DNA of 64,000 bases from an uncultured Alphaproteobacteria bacterium (GTDB lineage: Bacteria > Pseudomonadota > Alphaproteobacteria > Rhizobiales > Xanthobacteraceae). Location of the stretch: the NCBI GenBank assembly GCA_963838595.1, contig CAWIRP010000002.1, positions 299,949-363,948 of the forward strand, written 5' to 3'. A program made the position numbers and the translations under genes. The notes under the pieces are model-generated. The model saw nothing but the letters and a program-made list of their open reading frames with translations, was not told where the DNA came from and did not search any database. Of this stretch, positions 34,622 through 45,596 are shown piece after piece. Each line of letters begins with the position of its first letter. Positions within the stretch are counted from its first letter, which is position 1.

Positions 34622-34639
34622 TTGCAAGGAGTTACTGCG

Positions 34640-35151
34640 ATGGCGAATCCAGATTGGAGCAGCTTCCCGCCGGTCCGCCGCGTCGTGACCGGGCATGACG
34701 GCAACAACGTCGCCAAGGTGCTGATCGACGCGCCCGCCACCAATCACAAGGGCGCCGAGGGGCGCTCCACGCTGATGTGGATCACCGACCGAGAACCCCG
34801 CCGAACATCGCGGTCGGCGAAAAGATCGAGGACATGGGCGCGCGCATCGTCGGCACGCCGCCGCCGCCGAACGGCACGCGCTTCTGCGTGATCGATTTTC
34901 CGCCCGGCAACCATCCGCACATGCATCGCACCGAGACGGTGGACTATGTCATCGTCATCGAGGGCGAGATCGAGATGGACATGGACAATTCGACGGTGAA
35001 GCTGAAGGCCGGCGACATCATGGTCCAGCGCGGCACCAACCACGCCTGGGCCAACCGCAGCAAGGCGCGGGCGCGCGTCGCCTTCGTGCTGGTGGACGCG
35101 CAGCCGCTCGGCATCGGCAAGCCGGTGCTCGGCACGGCCAGCGCGCGCTGA
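34640..35151 (+). CDS. Cupin domain protein, frameshifted
   Basis: VRRVVTGHD, DFPPG...MHRTETVDY, VQRGTNHAWANRS. Confidence 0.85.
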
Positions 35152-35165
35152 GGAGAGAACGATGC

Positions 35166-36122
35166 ATGCACGATCGTTCGCTGCTGCTGACCGCGCTTGC
35201 ACTCGCCTGCGGCGCGGCGCACGCCCAGACCTATCCGAACGGCCAGGTGCGGCTGATCGTGCCGACCTCGCCCGGCGGCGTGACCGACACGATGGCGCGC
35301 ATCGTGGCGCAGCGGCTGGGCGAATCGCTCAATCAGACCGTGATCGTCGACAACCGGCCCGGCGGCAACAGCACCATCGGCGCGCAGGCGGTCGCGCGCT
35401 CGCCCGCCGACGGGCTGACGCTGCTGGTGACGTCGGACGCCACCGTCACCGCCAATCCGCATCTCTCCAAGCTGCCCTACAGCGCGAAGGACTTCACGCC
35501 GATCATCGTGCTGTGCCGCGGCACGCCGATGCTGGTGGTGAATGCGTCGGTGCCGGCCAGCAACCCGAAGGAGCTGATCGCGCTCGCCAAGGCGCAGCCC
35601 GGCAAGCTGAACTACGGCTCCTACGGCGTCGGCACCTACGCGCACCTCAGCATGGAGGACTTCAAGCAGCGCACCGGCACCGACATCGTGCACATCCCCT
35701 ATCGCGGCGCGGCGCCGGCGGCGCAGGCGCTGCTGGCGGGCGACGTCTCCATGCTGCTGCTCAACCTCTCCAGCATCGAGGCGCACGAGAAGACCGGCAA
35801 GGTGAAAATCCTGGCGAGCGCCAGCGACAAGCGCGCGCAGGCGCGGCCCGATCTGCCGACCATCGCGGAGGCCGGCGTGCCGGGTTTCTCGACCTCGGTG
35901 TGGTTCGCGCTGCTCGGCCCCGCCAACATGCCGCCGGAGCTGACGGCACGGATTCACGCCGACGTCGGCAAGGTGCTCGACCTGCCGCAGACGAAGGAGT
36001 TCTTCCAGAAGAACAGCTTCGAGCGGGTCGACCTCTCGCCGGCGCAATTCGGCAAGCTGATCGAGGACGACTCCCGCCACTGGGAAGCGCTGATCAAGTC
36101 GGTCGGCGCGAAGCTCGACTGA
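35166..36122 (+). CDS. TctC/Bug binding protein (intact)
   Basis: QTYPNGQVRLIVPTSPGGVTDTMAR, DNRPGG, LNYGSYGVG, HIPYRG, PTIAEAG. Confidence 0.92.
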   Translation: MHDRSLLLTALALACGAAHAQTYPNGQVRLIVPTSPGGVTDTMARIVAQRLGESLNQTVIVDNRPGGNSTIGAQAVARSPADGLTLLVTSDATVTANPHLSKLPYSAKDFTPIIVLCRGTPMLVVNASVPASNPKELIALAKAQPGKLNYGSYGVGTYAHLSMEDFKQRTGTDIVHIPYRGAAPAAQALLAGDVSMLLLNLSSIEAHEKTGKVKILASASDKRAQARPDLPTIAEAGVPGFSTSVWFALLGPANMPPELTARIHADVGKVLDLPQTKEFFQKNSFERVDLSPAQFGKLIEDDSRHWEALIKSVGAKLD

Positions 36123-36155
36123 ACGACGACACAATCACTCACTGGGAATAGCAGA

Positions 36156-36944
36156 ATGATCGAAATGCGAATGGATGGACGCTGCGCGCTGATCACCGGC
36201 GGCAGCATGGGCATCGGCTATGCCGCCGCGGCGAACTTCATGCGGGCCGGCGCCAACGTGGCGATCGTCGCGCGCCGTCCGGAGGTGCTGGAGGAGTCGC
36301 GCAAGAAGCTCGCGCAGCGAGGGCAAAGGCAAGGTGGTCGGCATCGCCGCCGACGTCAGCAAGGCCGAGGACTGCGCCCGCGTTTTTGCCACCGCGGAGA
36401 AGGAGCTCGGCCGCGTCGACGTGCTGCTCAACAACGTCGGCACGCACAACGCCAAGCCCGGTCGAGGCCATCGACCGATGAAATCTGGCAGGCCGACCTC
36501 GACCTCAAGCTGTTCTCGGCGATCCGCCTCACCCGCGCGGCATTTCCGAAAATGAAGGAGCGCAAATGGGGCCGCGTCATCAACGTGCTCAACAGCGGCG
36601 CGAAATGGCCGCGCGCGGGCAGCGCGCCGAGCTCGGTGACGCGCGCGGCCGGACTGGCGCTGACCAAGGTGCTGTCGAACGAAGGCGCGCCGCACAACGT
36701 GCTGGTCAACGCGGTGCTGGTCGGCCTGATCCAGACCGATCAGTGGGTGCGCGGCCACGCCGAGGAGAACAAGGGCCGCACCTACGACGAATATATCGGC
36801 GAGATGGCGAAGCGCGTCCCGCTCGGCCGGGTCGGCACCGCCGAGGAATTCGCCAACATGATCCTGTTCCTGGCGTCGGACGCCGGCAGCTTTGTCACCG
36901 GCACGGCGATCAACGTCGACGGCGGCATGATCCCGGTGACGTGA
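36156..36944 (+). CDS. Short-chain dehydrogenase/reductase, frameshifted
   Basis: ALITGGSMGIG, VDVLLNNVG, WGRVINV, PLGRVGTAEE, TGTAINVDGG. Confidence 0.88.
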   Translation: MIEMRMDGRCALITGGSMGIGYAAAANFMRAGANVAIVARRPEVLEESRKKLAQRGQRQGGRHRRRRQQGRGLRPRFCHRGEGARPRRRAAQQRRHAQRQARSRPSTDEIWQADLDLKLFSAIRLTRAAFPKMKERKWGRVINVLNSGAKWPRAGSAPSSVTRAAGLALTKVLSNEGAPHNVLVNAVLVGLIQTDQWVRGHAEENKGRTYDEYIGEMAKRVPLGRVGTAEEFANMILFLASDAGSFVTGTAINVDGGMIPVT

Positions 36945-36953
36945 GCCAGGCGA

Positions 36954-38139
36954 TCAATTCAGCGCCGCCACCGCCGCCTTCGCTTCCGGCACCACGTCGT
37001 AGGCATAGAGGTGCTTGCGGAAGTCGGCGTGCGCGGCAAGCTCCGCGTCGCGCACGGCCAGATCGGAATACTCGAGAATCGACGCGCAGCCCGTTCTGGC
37101 GCGCGCCAAGCTGGACCTCCGCGACGCGCTCGCGGCGCAGCTTCTCGTAGGCGAGCAGCGCCGCCGGGACATCCGCGTTGTCCACCTGCGACAGGATCGT
37201 CGCCAGCGCCATGCCGTCCTCGATCGACTGGTTGGCGCCCTGGCCGAGATGCGGCAGCATCGGATGCGCGGCATCGCCGAGCAGCGTCAGCCGGCCCTTG
37301 CTCCAGGTCGGCAGCGGCTCGCGGTCGTAGAGCGCCCAGCGGAAGCAATGATCGACCTGCTTCAGCACCGAACCGATGCGCGGGTCCCAGCCTTCGAACT
37401 CGGCGCGCAACTTGTCGGGATCGCCGGGCGCGGACCACGACTCCTTCATCTCCTCGTCGGTCGGCACGAAGCCGACGTAGTTGACCATCGTCGCCGTGGC
37501 GCACCGGGAAGACGAGGAAGTGCTTGGACGGCCCGGCCCACATCTGCCAGCGGTCCATCGGCCAGTCCGGCAGGCGCTCGCGCGAGACCAGGCCGCGGTA
37601 GGAAATGGTGCCGTGAAACACCGGCTTGGACGGCGGGAAGACGTACGGCCGCAGCTCGGAATGGATGCCGTCCGCGGCAACGACGACGTCGGCCTCGACG
37701 GTGGCGCCGTTGGCAAACGTCACGCGCGCCGCGTCGCCATCCTGCTCGAAGCCGGTGGCGCGATGGCCGCAATGGACGACGCCCGGCGGCAACGCGGCCG
37801 CGAGGAAATCGACGAGATCGGCGCGATGCATGCCGAACGAGGCGTTCCAGCCGAACGCGTCCGTCACCTGCACCGGCGCGATCGGGCTGCCGTCGTGGCG
37901 GAAGTAGCGCGAGCCGGTTCCGAGCCGCGCGCCCCATTTCTCGACGGCGGGCTCCAATCCGACGCGCTCCAGGTGGCGCACGCGTTCGGCGTCAGCATGA
38001 CGCCGGCGCCGATCTCGCCGAGCGCGGGCGCCTGCTCGTAGACCGACACACGCAGCCCGTGCGCGATCAGCGCATTGGCGGCGAACAGGCCGCCGATTCC
38101 GCCTCCGACAATCGCAACGTTGGGCCGTGACTTCGCCAT
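36954..38139 (-). CDS. FAD-dependent monooxygenase (salicylate hydroxylase-like, group A), frameshifted
   Basis: VAIVGGGIGG, EIGAG, HRADL, AADGIHS, LLGDAAHPMLPHLGQGANQSIEDG. Confidence 0.88.
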
Positions 38140-38205
38140 CGGCAACACACCTCTCCTGGCATTTTGCATATACGATCGGCGCGGGCAACGGAGCGGACTG
38201 ACGCG

Positions 38206-39601
38206 ATGAGCAATGGGAATGCCAGTTATGATGTGATCGTGATCGGCGGCGGCATCGCCGGACTGGTCGCCGCCAACCGCGCCGCCGAGCTGGGCAAGCG
38301 CGTCGCCGTGCTGGAGAAGGGCACCGCGGAGAAATACCTCTGCAACTCGCGCTACACCTACGGCACGTTCCACATCAATTTCACCGACGTGATGTCGGAC
38401 GAGGATCAGCTCTACGACCGGATCATCGCCTGCACCGATGGCTTCGCGCGCAAGGACCTGGCGCGCACCGTCGCGCAGTCTACGGCGCCGGCTGATGCAG
38501 TGGCTGCGCGCCGAAGGCATCGAGCTGGTCAATCTCGGCCAGTATCAGACCAACGTGCTGTCGCCGCCGTGGCGCAACGGCGCCGGCTTCAAGTGGGACG
38601 GCTATGCCGGCGACGTGACGCTGCGCAAGCTCGAAGCGAACCTGACCAAGCGCGGCGGCGCGTGCTGCGCGCCACGCACGCCCACGCGCTCAAACCTGCG
38701 GGCTCCGGCATCGAAGTCCTGGCGGCACAGCCGGAAGGCGCGGTGACGTTGACCGCACCGGCGGTGGTGATCGCCGACGGCGGCTTCCAGGCCAACATGG
38801 ACATGGTGCGCCAACACATCTCGCCCGCCCCCGAGAAGCTGCTGCCGCGCAACGGCGGCACCGCGATGGGCGACGGCTTGCGCATGGCGCAGGCGCTCGG
38901 CGCGGCGATGACCGGCATGGCGAATTTCTACGGCCACCTGCACAGCCGCGACGCCATGAGCAATCCGCTGCTCTGGCCGCGCCCGCAAACCGACGATCTC
39001 GCCGCGGCCGGCATCGTGGTCGATGCACAAGGCCGCCGCGTCGCCGACGAAGGGCTCGGCGGCATTTATCTCTCCAACGCCATCGCGCGGCTTGCCGATC
39101 CGCTCGGCACCACCGCGATCTTCGATCAGGCGATCTGGGACGGCCCGCCCGGCCGCGACCATGCGCAGCCGCCCAATCCGCTGCTGCCGCAATGTCGGCG
39201 GCACGCTGCATCGCGCCAATACGATCGCGGAGCTCGCTGCGCTGGTCGGCATGCCGCATTTGAAGGAGACGGTCGATCGGTACAACGCCGCGATCGACGC
39301 CGGCACGCTCGACAAGCTCTCGCCGCCGCGGCGCGGACCCGCGAAGGCATGGCCGATCCGGACCCCGCCGTTCTATGCCGTGCCGCTCTGCGCCGCGATC
39401 ACCAACACCATGGGCGGCATCGTCGTGAACGGCGACGGCGCCGTGCTCGACACCAGCGACAAGCCAATCCCCGGCCTCTACGCCGCTGGCTCGACGATCG
39501 GCGGACTGAACGGCGGCCCGCACGCCGGCTACGTCGGCGGGCTGATCAACGCCACGATCGCCTTGCGCGCGGCCGAGGCAATTGCGACCCGCAACATCTG
39601 A
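38206..39601 (+). CDS. FAD-dependent oxidoreductase (fumarate reductase/TcuA/KstD-like flavoprotein), frameshifted
   Basis: DVIVIGGGIAG, CNSRY, VVIADGGFQAN, GDGLRMA, PPFYAVP...ITNTMGGI, IPGLYAAG. Confidence 0.82.
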
Positions 39602-39706
39602 GCCAAACGGCACAAGCACCTTCGAATATGTCCAAAATTTAACGTGGCTTTCGGGGGCCTTCGTCCGACGATGCGGTTCGGGCGACGGACCTAGCGGAGG
39701 ATCGCC

Positions 39707-39889
39707 ATGGCAAACGAGAACAACGAAAAGGGAGACAAGCGCGAGACGCGCATGATGTTGGCCTTTTCGGCTGGCGTCGTGTTGCTCATCCTGGGAATGA
39801 TGGGAGCCAATGTGCTCTTCCATCATCCATCGGAAGCCGAGAAGCAGACCGATTTCAGCAGCCAATCGCGGACGGCCGCGCCGAACTGA
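39707..39889 (+). CDS. Small single-TM hypothetical protein (60 aa)
   Basis: RBS GGAGG; hydrophobic MMLAFSAGVVLLILGMMGANVLF. Confidence 0.55.
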   Translation: MANENNEKGDKRETRMMLAFSAGVVLLILGMMGANVLFHHPSEAEKQTDFSSQSRTAAPN

Positions 39890-39961
39890 CACAGACAGCG
39901 GTCGACGCTTCTTGCGCGCCTTTAGTTGCCGGGGCTAAGTTTCCGGCAACGGGAGCGCACT

Positions 39962-41323
39962 ATGGCAAGACGCAAGGGCCAGCTCCGGCTCGGCGCCTTT
40001 TTCAATCCCACCGGCCATCACGTCGCGTCGTGGCGCCATCCCGACGCGCAGGCCGACGCCAACGTCAATTTCCAGCACTACGTCGAGGTCACGCAGACCG
40101 CCGAGCGCGGCAAGTTCGACATGGTGTTCCTGGCCGACAACCTGGCGATGCGCGAAGCCAGCATGGAGGCGCTGTCGCGCTCGGCGCAGTACATCTCCAA
40201 CCTCGAGCCGATGACGCTGATCGCCGCGCTGTCGGCGGTGACGAGCCGGATCGGCCTCGTCTGCACCGCGACCACGAGCTACTACGAGCCGTATCACGTC
40301 GCCCGCAAGTTCGCGACGATGGATCACATCAGCGGCGGCCGCGTCGGCTGGAACCTGGTGACGTCGGGCACCTTCGCCGAGGCCTACAACTTCAACCGCG
40401 ACGCGCACTACGGCCACGCCGAGCGCTACGACCGCGCCCGCGAGTTCGCCGAGATCGTGGTCGGGCTGTGGGATAGCTGGGACGACGACGCCTTCGTGCG
40501 CGACAAAGCGGCGGGCTTTATTTCGATCCCGCGAAGCTGCACACGCTCAACCACGTCGGCAAGCACTTCAAGGTGAAGGGCCCGCTCAACACGCCGCGGC
40601 CGCCGCAGGGCCATCCGGTGATCGTGCAGGCCGGCACGTCGGACGACGGCATGGACATCTCGGCGCGCTTCGCCGAGGTGATCTTCAGCGCGCACTGGTC
40701 GATCGAAGCCTGCAAGAAATACTCGAAAGAGGTGAAGACCCGCGCCGCCGACAAGTTCGGCCGCAACCCCGATCATCTCAAGGTGATGCCGGGCCTCTCC
40801 TGCTTCGTCGCCGAAACCGAGAGCGAGGCGAACGAGAAATACGAGTACATGCAGTCGCTGATCCATCCGATCGTGGCGCGCGAAATCCTCTCCACCATCT
40901 TCGGCGGCTTCGACCTGTCCAAATTCCCGTTCGACGGCCCGCTGCCCGAAATCCCGCTGACCGGCGGCAGCCAGAGCACCATGCAGCCGGCGATCGACAT
41001 GGCGCGCAAGGAGAACCTCTCGATCCGCCAGGTCGCCATGCGCATCGCCGGCGCGCGCGGCAAGAGCGTCATCAAGGGCACGCCGACGCAGATCGCCGAC
41101 CACATCCAGCACTGGTTCGAGGAAGAGGCGGCGGACGGCTTCAACGTGATGCCGCCGTTCCTGCCGGGCGGGCTCGACGATTTCGTCGACGATGGTGATC
41201 CCGGAGCTGCAGCGCCGCGGCCTGTTCCGCACCGAATACACCGGCAGGACGCTGCGCGAGCATCTCGGCCTGCCGCGCCCGCGCAGCGTGTTCGAGACGC
41301 GCGCGGACGTGGCGGCCGAATAA
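39962..41323 (+). CDS. LLM monooxygenase, NtaA/DmoA/DszA family, frameshifted
   Basis: GHHVASWRHP, AERGKFDMVFLAD, LEPMTL, SGGRVGWNLVTS, LWDSWDDDA, PQGHPVIVQAGTS, DGFNVMPP, TLREHLGL. Confidence 0.9.
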
Positions 41324-41327
41324 TCAC

Positions 41328-41801
41328 ATGATCGACACGCCGCTGATCGTTCCCGCGCTCGGCGCGCTCTATCAGGCGCTCGGGCCGTGGGTCGAGGCGC
41401 TGCTGCGCTTCGCGGTCGGCGCCGCGATGGTGCCGCACGGACTGCGCATGTGCCTCGGCTATTTCAAGGGCACCGGCGGACCGGTCGACAGCGTGCCGAA
41501 GGTCGCGGCGTTCTACGACAAGCGCGGCTACAGGCCGGGCTGGCTGTGGGCCTACGGCACGGTGCTCACGCAGTTCGTCGCCGCGCCCTGCGTCGCGCTC
41601 GGCCTGTTCACGCGGCCGATGGCGCTGGTGCTGTTCCTGCTGCTGGCGGTGTCCGCCTACGATCACGCCAAGTACGACGGCTATTTCTGGAACAAGATCG
41701 GCCTCGAATATCCCGCCATGTGGGCGATCGGCGTGCTTTATTTCGTGATCCACGGCGGCGGCCCGATCTCGCTCGACCGGCTGATCGGATGGCAGTTCTG
41801 A
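41328..41801 (+). CDS. DoxX family membrane protein
   Basis: LLRFAVGAAMVPHG, ALGLFTR, GYFWNKIGLEYP, GGGPISLD. Confidence 0.88.
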   Translation: MIDTPLIVPALGALYQALGPWVEALLRFAVGAAMVPHGLRMCLGYFKGTGGPVDSVPKVAAFYDKRGYRPGWLWAYGTVLTQFVAAPCVALGLFTRPMALVLFLLLAVSAYDHAKYDGYFWNKIGLEYPAMWAIGVLYFVIHGGGPISLDRLIGWQF

Positions 41802-41819
41802 CAACCAAAGGAGCCAACA

Positions 41820-42573
41820 ATGGCTGACGCACTCGCAAAGGCGCGGCTCGATCTCGCGGTGGCGAACCGCATCTGCGCGCTGGAGGGCATCATCGACGCC
41901 TTCGGCCACGTCAGCATGCGGCATCCGACCAAGAAGGACCGCTACCTGCTGGCGCGCTCGCGCTCGCCCGAGGTGGTCGAGCCCGGCGACATCTACGAAT
42001 ACGACCTCGACAGCGAGCCGGTGAAGCCGCTGCCGAAGGGCATCATGGGCTACGGCGAGCGGGTGATCCACGGCGAGATCTACCGGGCGCGGCCGGACGT
42101 CAACGCCGTCGCGCATCATCACGGCATGGCGTTCCTGCCGTTCTGCAACTCGGGCGCGCCGCTGCTGCCGCTCTATCACATGGGCGCGCAGATCGGCGAG
42201 AAGGTGCCGTTCTGGGATAGCCGCGACGAGTTCGGCGACACCTCGCTGCTCATCATCACGCCGGAGGAAGGCCGCTCCTGCGCCAAGTCGCTGGGCCCGC
42301 ACTGGCTGCAACTGCTGCGCCGCCACGGCGTCAACGTGGCGGGCACGCAACCTGACCAACCTGGTGTTCCGCACCATCTACAGCTACCGCAACGCCGAAC
42401 TGCAACTGGCGATGCAGCAGGGCGGCATGACGCCGAGCCCGCTCACCAAGGGCGAAGCCAAGAAGGCCTGGGACCGGAACCTGGAACCGCGGCCGCAGGC
42501 GCGCGCCTGGGAATACTGGGTGACCCGGCTGAAGAAGGCCGGCGAATATCCGAAGGCGGGCCGCAAGCGGTAG
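41820..42573 (+). CDS. Class II aldolase/adducin-fold protein (decarboxylase-type), frameshifted
   Basis: ANRI..LEGIIDAFGHVSMRHP, ERVIHGEIYRARPDV..V.HHH, LRRHG, RAWEYW. Confidence 0.85.
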
Positions 42574-42677
42574 TTCTCCACCGTCTTTCACAGGTCCGGT
42601 CTCGCGGCGGACCTTCAAATCCGGCCGCCAATTGGCCTACCTAGTAGGGTCTCCTTGACCTTACGCAGGATTGTGCC

Positions 42678-43992
42678 GTGGACGCCCGAACGGAAGATCG
42701 TCCTACCCCGAAGTATTCGCTCGGCAAGGCGATTGCCGAAGGCAAGACCAAGCAGATCGTCTCGATCGCCGGCCGCCCCGACCTGGTCGCGCTGGTCGCC
42801 AAGGACGACATCACCGCCGGCGACGGCGCCAAGCACGACATCATCCCGGACAAGGGCCGGCTCGCCAACGCCACCACCTGCAACGTGTTCCGCCTGCTCA
42901 AGGCCTGCGGCCTGCCGGTCGCGTTCGAGCACCAGGACAGCCCGACCTCGTTCGTCGCGCCGGCCTGCACCATGCTGCCCTACGAGGTGGTGGTGCGGCG
43001 CGAGGCGCACGGCTCGTATCTCAAGCGCAACCCGCATTTCGCCAAGGGCCAACTGTTCCCGAAGCTGATCGTCGAGTTCTTCCTCAAGACCAAGGACAAG
43101 AACTGGAAGGGCAAGCCGCTGCTCGCCGACGATCCGCTGATGCTGCACAAGGAAGGCGCGTCGCAGATCGAGCTTTATGTGCCGTCGAAGCCGGTCCAGG
43201 AGCAGAAGCCGTTCCTGACGCTCGCGACCTCCGAGGTGTTCATCCGCGCCGACGAGGCGAAGCTCTATCCCGAGATGTCGCGGCTCGCGCGCCGCGCGTT
43301 CCTGGTGCTGGAGAAGGCGTGGCAGCTCGAAGGCGGCACGCTGGTCGACTTCAAGGTCGAGTTCGGCTTCGACACCAAGGGCAATCTGCTGCTCGCCGAC
43401 GTGATCGACAACGATTCCTGGCGCGTGCTGGAGAGCGGCGCCTACATCGACAAGCAGGTCTATCGCGACGGCGGCGCGCTCGACGACGTCGCCGCGAAGT
43501 ACCGCCACGTCGCCGAGATCACCGGCCACTTCCACGTGCCGCAGCAGCGCATCATCCTGTGGCGCGGCTCGGAGAGCGACAATCCCGAGCCGTTCACCAA
43601 GGCGCTCGGCTCCGCTCGCCGACCTGATGCAGGTGGTGACCTGCTCGATCCACAAGGAGCCGGTCGCCGGCGCCGCCATCCTGCACAAGATGGTGCAGGA
43701 GGTGCCGGACTCGATCGTGATCGCCTACATCGGCCGCTCGAACGGCGCCGGCCCGACGATCTCGGCGATGTCGACCATTCCGGTCATCACCGTTCCGGCC
43801 AGCGCCAAGGAATTCCCCGAGGACGTCTGGTCGTCGCTGCGGGCGCCGAGCAAGGTGCCGGTGATGACGGTGCTGGAGCCGTCGAACGCGGTGCTGGCGG
43901 CGCTGCAGGTGCTGTCGGCGCGCAACCCGCGCATCTACGCGCACGTGCGCAGCGAGATCGAGGACCGCACGGTCAATACGATTCAGATTTAG
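42678..43992 (+). CDS. purC: Bifunctional SAICAR synthetase / class II AIR carboxylase (PAICS-like PurC-PurE fusion), one indel near 43611
   Basis: PurC motifs EGKTK, KDDITAGDG, EVVVRR..GSYLKR, LVDFKVEFG, LADVIDNDSWR, DKQVYRD. PurE motifs RGSESD, SIHK, GRSNGAGP, DVWSSLRAPS. Confidence 0.9.
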
Positions 43993-43995
43993 GTC

Positions 43996-44831
43996 TCAGT
44001 TTCGGCTCGCGCGGCTCACCAGCGCGTTCGCCGCGATCGACACGGCGAACAGCAGGATCAGCAGCGCGTACATGCGCGGCATGTCGAACGTCGTGTAGGA
44101 GTTGATGATCAGGAAGCCGATGCCCCTGGTTGGACAGCTTGGTCTCCGCCAGCAGCGTGCCGATCACCGCGACGCCGAGGCCCAGCCGCACGCCGTTGAT
44201 GATCGGCTGCCGCATCGCCGGCAGATAGATCTTGGTCACCATCTGCCAGGTGTTGACGCGGAAGCTGCGGCCGACGCGGATCAGCACCTTGTCGATCTGG
44301 CGCACGCCGGCGGCGGCGCTGAGCACCACCGGGAAGAAGCACGAGATCGTGCCCATCGCGACCTTGGAGCCGGGTCCGACGCCGAACCACATGATCATCA
44401 GCGGAAAGAAGATGATCTTGGGCGTCGGGCCGAGATAATAGAGAAAGCGCTCGAACGCCTGCGCTGAGGAACGGATTGGCGCCGAGCAGCAGCCCGACCG
44501 CGAGCCCGGCAAGCCCGCCGATCGCCAGCCCGGTCACGACCTCGCCGATCGTCACCCAGAGGTGCCGGTAGAATTCCGGAATGACGTATTCGGCGCCGAA
44601 CATCTGCACCTTGTAGTCGGCGACGGTCAGGATGCTGACCAGCGCCCGGCCGACGGTCAGCAGCGACGGCACCACGTCGCGGAACAGCAGGCCCGATGCC
44701 GCGACCGCCTCCCACACCGCCACGATCGTGACGATGATCGCGACGCGCAGCAGCATCACCCGCCGCCGCAGCGGCAGCGCGGCCCATCCGCCGGCCGCGG
44801 CGGGCGCTGTCAGGCGCCCGGTCTGAGCCAT
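43996..44831 (-). CDS. ABC transporter permease (SsuC/TauC-like), frameshifted
   Basis: PTPKIIFFPL..WFGVG, KIYLPA...INGVRLG, TLLAE. Confidence 0.85.
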
Positions 44832-45596
44832 TTTTCGATCCGTTCGGTGACGATGAAGAACACGACGCTGACCAGGATGACGAAGCAGATCGCGGCGTAG
44901 GTGCCCGGCAGGTCGTAGCGCTCGGACAGCTCGTTCACGAGCTGGCCGAGGCCGCCGAAGTTGATCAGGAACTCGACGCCGACGATGTTGATCAGCGCGA
45001 AGATCATGCCGAGCCGCACGCCGACGAAGATGGTCGGCAGCGCCGCGGGAAACAGGATTTTCCAGTAGAGCTGCGACGGCGTGAGCTTGAAGCTCCGCCC
45101 GACGTTGATCAGCACCGGCCGCGTGCTGGAGAGGCCTTCCAGCGTCTTGAGGATCACCGGCGGCAGCGCGGAGACGAAGCCCATCATGATGATGGTGAGC
45201 GCGCTGCGCCCGAAGATCACCAGGAACAGCGGATACATCAGCACCAGCGGCGCCGACGCCATCGCCGCGATCCAGGTCTCGGTGGCGAGACGCACGAGCC
45301 GCAGCCGGTGCAGCAGCACGCCGAGCGAGATGCCGAACACGGTGAGCAGCAGGCTGGCGCCGAGCGCCTCGTAGCAGGTCAGCAGGAAGCGCTCGCCGAC
45401 GTGCTCTTCCCTGATGATGCGGCCGAAGCTGCCGATGATGTCGAGCGGGGTCGGCACGATGAAGCGGTTGATGATGCCGGCCCGGATCAGCACCTCCAGC
45501 AGCGCGATCACGCGCGATCAGGCAGGCGACGCCGAATGCGATCGGCACGAGCTGCTGCCAGATCAACCGCCGCCTGACCGCCGCGCCCGTCGTCAT
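44810..45596 (-). CDS. ABC transporter permease (SsuC/TauC-like), frameshifted
   Basis: VPTP, APLVLMYPLFLVIFG, ILFPAALPTIFVGVRLG, GVEFL..GGLG. Confidence 0.87.
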
